From positions 162,450 through 226,449 of the forward strand of contig RHPI01003491.1 in NCBI GenBank assembly GCA_009103225.1: a stretch of 64,000 nt of DNA, in the 5' to 3' direction. The translations under genes were made by a program, and so were the position numbers. Shown here piece after piece: positions 53,069-64,000 of the stretch. The DNA comes from Chlorokybus atmophyticus (taxonomy: Eukaryota > Plantae > Mesostigma and Chlorokybus algae). The notes under the pieces are model-generated. The model made no database searches. It was given only the letters and a program-made list of their open reading frames with translations, and was not told where the DNA came from. How positions within the stretch are numbered: position 1 is the first letter of the stretch; every line of letters starts with the position of its first letter.

Positions 53069-53745
53069 TGTTGCAGGCAACAGAAGCACGAAGACAAGCG
53101 CAACGTGAGGCGCAAAGCTGTAGCCTGCTTCACACTGACAATGCAGACAACCCCGCCGACGGCCTCGTCAACAACCTCCGCCAAACAGCAAAATGCCAAG
53201 TAAACCCTAATGCAGAATTTGTCCATTAGCACCTTAACAGCGCCCGTACGTTATATTACGCATGCAGCGTTGTGACGCCATGTGATCAGCGCTTCTTGAA
53301 GCTCAGAACGTTACTTAAGTCAAGGTACGCAGTATAGCGTTCCGATTTGATAGAGTTAAGAGAATGCTGCGCATGCAGTATCTTAACTGTGCTGCTGGTC
53401 AAATGCGAGCTCAACAAGCAGCTTGCTGACGACACTGAGCTCGCCGCCGGTGGCGGCGACAATTCCACAACTGCCACAACTGATGTGTACTGAACTCGCA
53501 TTGTTGAGGAGTCGAGAATGACTGTGCACGCCAAGCGTTTGCATGTGAGGCAGCTGTGCTTTGAGGCATTGCCGACATGGGATGTAATGACCACTTCTTT
53601 GTCGTAGTGTTAGCAAGGAGTCTGCATTGTTGAACACGTTTGTCATGCAGAACGTCTTCAGGCATCCTCAGGGTGCTCAGCAGTGAGTGGTTAAGCTGCA
53701 GGCTGTACAGCCTTTTAACTGGCCAGTCTGAACCAGGCCAAGAGG

Positions 53746-56700
53746 ATGGCTTGGCTGAGGCACGAGCTGCGGGTTGGTCTCATGACAATGCTGGTTTTCA
53801 TGCCAGCCGCCATCATGGTGTGGAGGACGGGCCGGCTGGCTAGGGATGAGACCGTCATGCGCGAAGCTGGCAGCGGCGTCAAGCTCAACAACACTGCTTA
53901 TCTGCCCAGTGGCACGCCTATTGCAGCCTTTGCATGCCCTGCTGATGATGGCAACGACAATGAGCTTTGGCAATGGCAAACAGCAGGTGCGCTTGTGCTT
54001 GCAATTGAACTTGGCAGCATCACAGGACACCTGGTGCATGCAAGCAACCCATTCCATGCATTGTGACTTGCACACCTATGCAAATGCTTGTTGCCATCAT
54101 GCATGTGCTGTATGCTGCATACAAGCAGACGCTGTTTTGTTTTCAGCTCAGTGGTTTGGCATGTGTTACAACTTGTTACTTACTGAACTGACGGATAATC
54201 CCCGTAACCAAGCAAATTGTAGATACCGATGGGCTGATATGCTTCCCGACGCTCAACAGGCATGGGACCAATAGTGCTTTCATCTGCTCGCAACCTGTGT
54301 GTCGGTGTTGATCCACTGAGCAGTGTTTCAACTGACGGCGTCAAGGCTTTCGTTGCACTCGTTGATTGCAGAGTCGCTCTCCAGTTCGTGCATGATCCAC
54401 GAACAGGTAAGTGACATGACACATAGGTTGAGACGCAGTGCATGATTGAGAGCATCCACCAACTGCTTGCTGGTGATTCAGGACAGGTACGAGCGCGCTG
54501 GGGTCATGCCAGGCAGGGCATGCTTTGTTTAGATGTCACTCCACCAGATGTTGCCAACCAGGTGCCATGGGGGTTCACCACGGTTGGCATAACCTCTCTA
54601 TTACCTTGTGATGTTGATTGTGCCTTTGCTGTCGTCCAGGGCATGCGTGCCGTGTTGACCGAATGCGACACGTCTGCTGCATCCCAAACCTGGACGGTGC
54701 ACTCGCAGCAATTGCAGACAACAATCGCACCAACACAGCTTCCTGCCGTCCGCCTTGGTAGGCAGGGTGGTGCTGGCCGCGCCAATTGCTGCCCTACTGT
54801 CACTGTTGTCAGCATGCATGCAACTAGTCAACAGCCCAAGAATGAGCACTCCTCAAATGAAGTATTCTACAGGCACTCCAGCCACAAGATGTCTCGCTCC
54901 AAGTTTGGGACCATGCGGTCCTGACATGTTTTGCTTGAGCAACACTCTCGGAAGCAACATGGTGCTGCAGGTACCTGTTTGCGAAGTTTCCATGTAATCA
55001 ACGCACTTCACACACTGATTGTCATACTGGCCAGTCTACTGACATAACGTCAACCAGCGCTCCCAAAAAGCGGTCATCTGGGGCTTCAGCACACCAGGTG
55101 ATGTGGTGACTGTTACGCTTGGTGGTGATGACACGGACGTGCAGGTGGCAACGTCAACAGATACAGGTGAAGGCAGTAAAGCGACTTTTACACAAGCCAT
55201 TGCAGACCGCTTCGGTCCTTCTAACCAATAGCAGCATAATGTCCAGCAAGTCCTGCCTTGTTGTGACTGTCACCACAACCAGATATAGGTTCTTGGCAGG
55301 TGTCACTGAATGCACGGCCAGCTGACCACATCCCAAGGAAACTCGTGGCACAGTCTAGGGACACTGGCAGACAGGAAGTGCTTGAGAACATCATTTTTGG
55401 AGATGTGTTCCTGTGTGGCGGCCAGGTGCGTAGATTGCTTCACTTTCTGAATGTCTCAAAGCATTCCCAACGGCTCCGCTGTGCAGAGCAACATGGGCAT
55501 GACTGTAGGACAAGCCTTCGGTGCAGATGAGGAAGCGGCAGCGTCTGAGCGTTACCCAGACATTCGGCTGTTCTCCGTTGGTCAGGTGCTTGGGGTTGAA
55601 GGGTTTGTTTGTGGATTCAAGTCACAATTGAGGACAGTGTCGACACAGTTTTGTACTGCTGCATGCGTAACAAGTGCCATACATGCACGGTTACTCATGA
55701 TGATTAACTGCCGTCCCCTGTGATAGCATGTGTTGATTTACACCCTCTGTCTTCTGGTATAGGGAACAGGCTTTCCAGGGACTACAGAAGAGCTTTCAAT
55801 GCTGGGCACCATTGACTTGCCTTGGCAACTGCCGACCAAAGAGGCACTCACTGCGCCAGAGTGGTCCCACTTTTCCGCTGTTTGCTGGGTCAGTGCAGCA
55901 GCCCATACATGCCAGTCGCCATGAGCTTGCATGAGGTCAACTTCAGTGGCTGTGTGCTGCAATCATTTGCGCGGTATGCGAGCTAACTTGTACCACACTG
56001 CAGACCTTTGGCCGGCACCTGTACGACAACTTGAAGGTTCCTATTGGGCTTGTCAGCAGCAACTGGGGCGGTACATGCATAGAGCACTGGATGCCCGACA
56101 GTTTGAGCGACAGCTGCCGCAGCAACTCCAGTGCCAAGCCGGATACAGCGAGCAGAGTGACTGCTGTTGACAATGAAGGTGTACTTTTCAGAGCCATGAT
56201 CGCGCCCTTTCTCCGCATGCGCCTGTCCGGAGTACTGTGGTACCAAGGAGAAGCAAATGGTATGGAAGCCTTGAGTGCGTGTCATAACAGACATGTACCC
56301 ATCTTGTATCTTTGTCCCGCAACCCCAATGTGCCGCTTCATCTGCAATGGCATGCACTTAACCCTTTTTTTCGTGCAGTTGGCTCTGAAACAGCACATTC
56401 CTGCCCTTTGCACGGCCCCTACATGTACCGCTGCTTGCTTCCAACCCTCATAAACAGGCGAGTTGAGTACTTTGTTTAAGTTAAGATGGAATGTTTGTTC
56501 GTTGATCAAGGGTGAGAAGGAATAGTGACGTCCCACTTCTTGCAGTTGGCGCCGGCGCTTTGAGGTGCAAGATCTGTTCTTCGGGTTTGTGCAGCTCGCT
56601 CCTTACACCAAGTATTTGCCAGATCTAAACAATCTCACAATGCTCGCTGACATCCGAGATGCACAGGCAATGCTTCATTTTGTGTGCCGCATGCATGTGG

Positions 56701-57372
56701 CATATGGCACGCAGGTGCTGAGTGCACCTGCATCTACCCACAGGGTTATGTAGCGAGGAACAGTGATGCACGAATAGTCATGGTTACTGCGGTGGACTTG
56801 GGTGACGCTGATTCGCCATGGACGGATATACACCCTCGACCAAAGGCGCCGATCGGGCAACGGCTTGCAAGGGCTGCATTGGTAAGCCTTTTGTGCAGTG
56901 AGGCAACAATCACTTGTCACGTATTGAACAACTTGCTGAACCGCGCATGTGTGCACAGGCACGTGTGTACAACTGGTCTATCATACATGAAGGCCCCATC
57001 TTTAAGTCAGCATCTGCTGCACCCAACGCCGCGTTTGATGAAGAAACTATCACCATGGAGGTGAAGTTTGTCCCTAGCAGCATCGGCTCTGGCCTACAGC
57101 TGCGTTCAGCCGCCTGCCCGCAGCGCGACAATCCCCCAGGACTGTTTCCAAAGCATTGTGCGGGTTGGGAGATACAGTCGCAGGATTGTGGGTGGCACGC
57201 TGCAAGTGTTCAAGTCACCAATAACACGGCGCAGGTCTCGACCGTCATTACTAGTGACTTCACTCTGCCTGCTGTTGCTGTGCGTCATCTCTGGGGCGAT
57301 TGGCCTGTGGTGTCAGTCTTCAACAAAGAGGGCTACCCTTGCTTGCCATTCAGCGCTGCAATTAGCACTTAA
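53746..57372 (+). CDS. SIAE: Sialate O-acetylesterase-family (SASA/SGNH) protein with N-terminal hydrophobic anchor and ricin-B-like lectin region
   Basis: LGSNMVLQ, VIWG, GDVFLCGGQ|SNM, PDIRLF, FSAVCW, VPIGLVSSNWGGTCIEHW, AMIAPF...GVLWYQGEAN, FGFVQLAPY, DLGDADSPWTDIHPRPKAPIGQRLA. The start codon and the lectin exons are less certain. Confidence 0.85.
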
Positions 57373-58523
57373 GGAGGTCATGCGCCCAGCATAAACTGCC
57401 AAGTTGGCAGTGCCAGTATCGATGGTACTCGGTTGAATAAAGCATAGATAGCGGATGGTTCTTCCAACTTTGCTTAATGTATACTTCGCAAGTTTCCAGC
57501 CAGGTTGTCAGCTTAATTGTAGTCCCATGTGGAGTATACGATTGGATACGCCATGTAGTTTGAAATGAACATACGAGGGTGTAGGGGAGGGAGGGGGAAT
57601 AACTGCAACTGCGATGCATGCAAGTCTAACAGGGGGGCAGTAGTGATAAAGGTAGGGGTAGTAGGTAGATAGCGCGCAAGCGCATGCCTGAGCCCGGTGG
57701 TCAAGTTGGTGAGTGCGAATTATGTGATAGTGGCATGGCGTGTGCACGTAGATTTGCATCTACGAGTCGTACTTTGCATCTTTTGTATACTGGACAGCAA
57801 CCAACACTGAGCAAGTGACCCAACAGCGATTGTTAGATCTGATAGGTGCATGTGGTTCGGCGAGTGCAGGGCGGTGAATGACTACCTGGTGCGCGTGCGC
57901 ACGTGCCTGCATGTGTGGGTGTAGGTGTGAGAGGATGCCTGTGTGCGAGGGTGTGCGTGAATGACAGCCTGTGTTGGTGGCAGTGTGTGCGTGCGTGTAG
58001 CAATGTGACCAGCTTGATAGAACTGGAAACTTTATACATGTCCATTGGTACATACAGAAGTGATTTCACTGTTATATTGTGTTCACTAACTGTTGACAAC
58101 GCACGCAGTAGTGCGGTACTGACCAATAGCTGGATATACAATCGTGTCCTTACCTCAATCATCAAGCACATTAGAAACAACAAAGTTTGTAGAATTAAGC
58201 ATGAGGGCTTTTGCTCATCAGGCACCCCATCACGAGCAAGCTAGCCAGACTGGGTGCACCAATGTCTTATGACAAAGCAATCAATGATCTTTTGACAGTC
58301 AGCAACTGTTCAGACCATCTCGAGCTAACTACACGCGTGCAACTGCACCAAGACATAAGTCCGATGGTTTGTAGGGTCTATATTATTACTCATCAACCTC
58401 ACATGTGCTTACAGTGTTTGTCCAGTGGCACTAGCACTACACCACCTCGTTACAAAAATGCAAAACGAGGCTGCCTATGTGCAACAACTGATCCTAAGCA
58501 ACGGTGTATTTCTGCGCTGTCTT

Positions 58524-60188
58524 TTAGGCGTGGCTGAAAGCGTACTTGGGGGAGAAGTTCCTCTGCACCGGGCGCGCGTTGTTGTTGTGAATGTTCTTAA
58601 ACCACAGGATCTGCTCGGCTGTGGCGCTGTAAGGCTTGTTCTTCTGCACATGCCTGTTGGATATAATGCCACAAAAATGAGTTCTGTGCTCTAGCAACAG
58701 AGTAGACAACCATCGCTCAACCACCAACCCACACTGATGTACCCCACATTACACCCCCTGCCCTGGTGCATGCTAAACTCTGCAACCTGCATTGATGTGT
58801 AAGCACCCATACTAATGCTCACCACGTGACGTATTCGCAGCAGGGAGGAGTGGTGAGCGAGCCCTTGTAAGTGAAGTACTCAGTTGGGACGGGGATGAGC
58901 GACAGGTCAACGCCTTCACCATTCTTCACAATGAACTCCTACACAGTGCAAACATTCATGGAGTCAGGTACACAGAACCACCACTGTGACCATTACCACT
59001 ACCACTGACATTCACCGCTCATCATTTCTACAGGCAAATCTATCAATACTAGTCAACAAGTTGGTTGCTATTGCAAGTTCAGGTGGCCTGTTGTGAGATG
59101 TAACGTACAGGACATGGTGGTTATGTGCATGCATGACAGTGTATACCTTCAGGAAGGGGTTCTCCGTGTAGCCAAGTTTGAAGAAGACTGCTATGACGGA
59201 GAGTGAGGCGGGGTCCTTTGAGGTGACCTGTGGGAGAAATGCATGCGAAGTGTGAGTGGCAGGTGAAGGCGAGAGTTATCTGGGTTCGAAGGGCAAGAGG
59301 ACTCTTGCAATGGGCTTACTGTGTGCATCTCCAGGTCGGCAGCTTCTGCGCACTTGGGACCAACGATGTGCTCTGACACACGCAGTTCAAGATCAGTTCT
59401 ATTGACAACAACTTACACGACATATATGGGCACACAGCACACATGTACACACAGCTACGTACCTGCTGGGCTGTGGAAGTGGGTCTGTGCGATGTTATAG
59501 ACATCCGTGCCCAAAGAACCGCCGGTGAAGGTACCCCCTGACAAGTTGCACATCCGCATGTCAGTTTAACAAAGTCGGAGACGATCACAACCACATCCAT
59601 GGCAACCACATCCATCGTTCATGGCAAAAAGGGATTGCTGCGGGCACACATACCAACAAAGATCTCGACGGTTTTTCCTGGCGGAGCCAAGTGCGTGATG
59701 CCCTGGTACTGCACATTCAGGGGCTTGAGGCCCAAGCGGCGGGGAGCCTCCTTCACTTTGTCCGTGAGGCGCACAGGACTCTGCCAGACAGCCATCGAGT
59801 TAGCATGAGCACACTTGCAACACACACACACATTGGTGTGACTCCCATGCAAAGGCACTGCTGCTCACCTGGAAGTAGCCTCCGCACTGGGTGGGAGGCT
59901 GCAGGTTCTTCCACTCCGAGGGCCCAGGGACTGCCATGCAACAGGTTGATGTTAGTAGTTGCAAGCATCAAGCAACGTTGCATGTTGTTGTACCACTTGG
60001 AGCACACAATGCACCTCACCTCCATCACCGTTGTCTGTCCAGTCCCACGTGTACACAATGGACGCATTGACGCCGTTGTTGCAGCCGCCAACCTCGCATG
60101 CAGCGACAGCGAGCTGCAGCACGAGGAGGAGGGAGACACCAACCAGAAGCAGTGGGCGGATGGCGGACGACGACGAGGATGACGCCAT
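58524..60188 (-). CDS. Secretory-pathway alpha-carbonic anhydrase, 7 exons
   Basis: Signal peptide (MASSSSSSAIRPLLLVGVSLLLVLQLAVA), WDW...GPSEW...CGGYFQ|SPVRL, AQTHFHSPA|EH...LEMHT|V...LSVIAVFF...NPFL, YFTYKGSLTTPPCCEYVTW, NNARPVQ. All three Zn-ligand His residues are present. Confidence 0.93.
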
Positions 60189-61399
60189 GGAGATGGATGG
60201 CAATGACACCACCAACAACAACACACACAACAACAACCTTTGCACAAACACACACTTGCAGTGCAACTTCCAGTGATGATGCACAGTAGCTGCCGACATG
60301 TTATATATACCAGCACCGGTGCCCGGTTAGTTTTGCCGCAGATGGATGGCCGTCGGTTAACCAAGCAGCCGGTGGCGGAAAGGATACATGCATCGGTGTG
60401 ACCGAGTTGCACACCGAGTCATATCGTAGTGATCAGTACATGTGCCGGTCAAATGCCGGTATTTTGTACAATAGCTTTCCGCGTTGACGCGTACGTACAG
60501 TGTGATGACAGCAAAGGATAAAGGTCAGGCTGCGCAAGTTTTGCGCGTCATCGCACCGTACATCCTCCTCCTGGCCTTATCTCAGGTCCGCGCAAAAACA
60601 CAAACTCGAATCAATTCGTTCCCTTGTACTTTTGCGCGTACGACAGGCACTGCAGCCGTAGATCGCAGCAGAAGAATGGAATCGACGGAGCGTAGGACGT
60701 TCGTACACCGATGTACAGTTTTGGACGGATACGAGCCACAAGTCGCGCATAACATACCAATAGGGTTTATACATTTTTGTCGCGAAGGCTGGAGACTGTC
60801 CCTACCAGCCGCACTGTACTACGGACGAAGGGACAAGTAGGGGATGGAGGCCTGCTTCACGTTACGGAGTTCGTATCGAAAGCGATCGCGGAGTCAGCCT
60901 CTGAGACCGACCGACCAGCTGCGACAGCTCGGATGTAGGTGGATATAGGCCTAGCCCTGCCTCAGGCAAAGAGCAGGCTGCCTATTGCTGCGCAGCTACC
61001 TCACGTTGAGGCCCTATCTCATCCAGACTTGTTTGAGCCTCAAGTATGGTCAAGTCTGGCACTTCTGGACCTAGAACTTGTTGCCAATCAGTAGTAGGTG
61101 GCCTAGCGCTGGCAGTACGGAGCATGGCGGCGTCAAGTTTCCGCTGTAGAAAATGCACTTTGAACTATGCACAAAGCCTATTTTTAATGAAAACTAAACC
61201 TATTCGATGACTTATGTGGTGCATGTGGTGCATGATGTGAGCCCCGACAGCGCGGGGAGCAGGGGCGGNNNNNNNNNNNNNNNNNNNNNNNNNNNNNNNN
61301 NNNNNNNNNNNNNNNNNNNNNNNNNNNNNNNNNNNNNNNNNNNNNNNNNNNNNNNNNNNNNNNNNNNNNNNNNGGGGGGGGGGGGGGGGGGGGCGCCTG

Positions 61400-62189
61400 C
61401 TGATAAACATTACCTTACGAGCAAACAGAGGTGAAGACGCAATACAAATACCACAACTTGCAATACTTTATCTTAAAATTTATTTATTCACATATATAAT
61501 TTAAGATGCTTAATCGAACTTTGCGCAAACTTATTGTTACGCTATCAAAAGTTTCGTGACCGTTGCGATCAAGCATGTTGAAGCCTGGAATATTGCTTTA
61601 TGTAACGGCTTTTGTCAAGTATTTACGAGTTATATACATTTTGCTTTATAAACATCATCAATGATGACTCATTGGATGGTCTAACGAAGCAATGTTTTGC
61701 ATTGTGCTTGGCAAGTTGTAGTATAATGTACATAATTTGCTTTCGCACAACACAACACGTATATATATATATATATATATATATATTACATATATGTACA
61801 TATATGTATATATGTACATATATGTATGATTAGCCATATACGAACATACACCTCATTGCATACTTTGTATACATGAGCAAAAGTCCCACAAATGTAACAT
61901 ATTACGTTATATAGTACGAGATGGGGCATACAAGCTATGTTGCTCCTTTTATGGCACCGATTTTTGCTGTCATACCCGAGGCCTAGTGGTTGGAGTGCCG
62001 TGTCCCAACATCTGTGTCCATATGGTTTAAACACATTTGTGCGGGTTCATCGGTGAGTGCGTGCGTGAGTGGATGTATGGTTAAGTGATGTGCAATTGCA
62101 AACGTAATACTGATCGCCGCGCTTGGGGGTCAATATAAAGTGCTTCCGAAGTGCTGGCCAAAAACCGAATATATATATATATGTGTGTG

Positions 62190-62234
<45 letters not shown>

Positions 62235-64000
62235 TATGTCACATAATTTATTTGCATATCATACGTACCCATTACATATTACGTATTGTTCTGTGAGAAC
62301 TTCTCGTACGTCATATACCAAAATGACAGGAACTGTTCATGCCATGGCCCGTTGTGGCATTTAATTTTTTCCATGCGCTTGACGCCACAATGCAATGTGG
62401 TCGACGCTATCCAATAATTGTAAGGCAATTTACGTTCATAATAATTTATTATGTTTAATTTTAACCTGTTGTATTATCAAGTTTGACACGAACAGTTTGT
62501 AATATGGTATATTACACCATGTACATTTCGTCCAAAAACTAATAACGAAAAGCCTCGGAACCAAAGTTCAACCATACTTCCAATGCCATTTTTTCTGCAA
62601 AATCAATCCATTGGCTTATAACCCGAAACATGAAAAAATGAAGTGGAAAGTAACTCTCAGGCAAGTGCTTTGGGCGAAATGTGTGTGTTTGCACAAAATA
62701 AAATACATATAGCAATAACTTGTACATGTATAACATTGATAACATCGTCAAATATTAACGATATGATGCATACGGTATGGCAATATAATTTGTAAGTTAA
62801 GTTAACTGTATGCATTCAGTAATATAACAAAATATGGGGTACATGGCAGGTTTCACAGTTTCAAGTTTACAGTGTTACGTGCATAATACATGTACCAAAG
62901 AGTTTGGACCGAAGCAACAACAAGTTATCACTAAAACAACACTTTACAATACTCGCAGTGTACGCGGCGCAACCTTAAGGGCTCTGTCGACTAGTGCTGT
63001 GCTCTTGGTGCATATAGCGAAAGCTGGCAAAACCCTGGCGAAAATTTTACAATGTTTTACATACACAAAAGTTGCAGCCAGCAGCTTGCACATTATTTGC
63101 GTTGCAATGCAGCCCTTGTAAAGCAATTATAAACTCACACTTTTTATGGACATACATTATAAGTCCAGATAAGGGTAAATGACATATGTTTTCATTAAAC
63201 GAATAATAGCATAGTATTTCATTTAATTATGCCATTTACCCCCCACATTTCACGCGTATAGAGTTTATTCGGCTGTTGACCATGTTTGATGACGCAGTAA
63301 CTATAGCGTGTAATCAATTAGCGTTACATGGTAAAGTGGATTAGTTAGAACGAGGGTGAGTAGTGGCGGCATGTCTTTGGGGCCTGCCCCGACCTCGTAC
63401 CCCTAAAAACGCGGCCGTTTTGACCACTAACTGTGCTGCAATTGCATCAAATCGCTAGCAATTTTGGGTCACCGTTAGCTAGCAGTTGCCGCCGAGATGG
63501 TTTTCAGTATCTTTTATGCATCTCTGCAATGATTGGCCAATTTTCTGCATTTTTGAGCAACGGCTGTTGTCACCGTTGCGATCCCATTTGATCAAATTCA
63601 TGTGTGACCAAATGGTGGCCTAACGATGCAATTTTTCGTTTAGTTGAAACTTAACGTTAAGGTAATTTAGGTTAGCATTTTTTTAATGATTGTAACCTTA
63701 ACATTACTCACTGAAATCCTTAGCATACCGTGGCATAAACGTTACGATTACTATTATGCTTTTTAACGCTTAATTGCAGGTTGCTAGCCATCTTGCAACA
63801 GATGTGCTTCATTTTGCAACACATCAGCAATATCACCATGTATCATTGTATCTCCATACTTATCAATACACATAAACATGATCAATATGCAGCAGCAAGC
63901 GGCCACGTATGCAGTATTGTGCTTAATTTTAAAATTTCTTCTCTCTCTTCTCTGGCATGCGTTTAAACAATTGAATGTGCTTTGGACGGCCAGGATCGTT
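61400..64000. other. AT-rich non-genic block with (TA)n/(GT)n tracts, unclassified
   Basis: Visibly more AT-rich than the gene-dense part. No recognisable ORF or splice pattern. Confidence 0.5.

Noticed and set aside
59283-59290. tRNA T-loop-like GGTTCGAA
   Set aside because: There is no cloverleaf context, and it lies in a carbonic anhydrase intron. No tRNA or rRNA genes were found.
60505-60585. Signal-peptide-like exon MTAKDKGQAAQVLRVIAPYILLLALSQ with a CAG|GT donor
   Set aside because: No downstream exon keeps the frame open or gives a recognisable protein.

Overview
Eukaryotic, intron-rich genomic DNA, most likely a green alga (plastid transit peptides, plant-type orthologues, Chlorophyte-type Gypsy motifs; the taxon is an inference). 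I hand-assembled 13 spliced host genes from GT/GC-AG boundaries and protein motifs. In order they are: 20S proteasome beta-7 (-), alpha-SNAP (+), plastid IscA/SufA (-), Aha1-N protein (+), C2HC zinc-finger protein (-), RanBP2-ZnF/pre-SET/SET/post-SET methyltransferase (+), TIP30-like NAD(P)-binding protein (-), plastid-targeted Ddl-like ATP-grasp ligase (+), STT3B (-), plastid SAM methyltransferase (+), enolase (-), ricin-lectin/sialate O-acetylesterase (+) and alpha-carbonic anhydrase (-). There are two mobile elements. One is an apparently intact 4.0-kb DD35D pogo/Fot1-like DNA transposon (9215-13231, TIRs, TA duplication). The other is a decayed Ty3/Gypsy element with a PHD-finger integrase and an unusual split-repeat arrangement (about 14174-23440). 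Five assembly gaps are present. The most striking unexplained structure is a 66-bp near-perfect inverted duplication inside the transposase gene. It covers the first catalytic Asp codon and the splice donor, and could act as a silencing hairpin or an invertible splice switch. Other leads are the non-canonical plastid Ddl-like ligase, the zinc-finger SET protein, a perfect 25-bp intergenic hairpin, six GC-AG introns and phased GTAC arrays. Exon boundaries were read by eye, and family assignments come from remembered motifs, not database searches.
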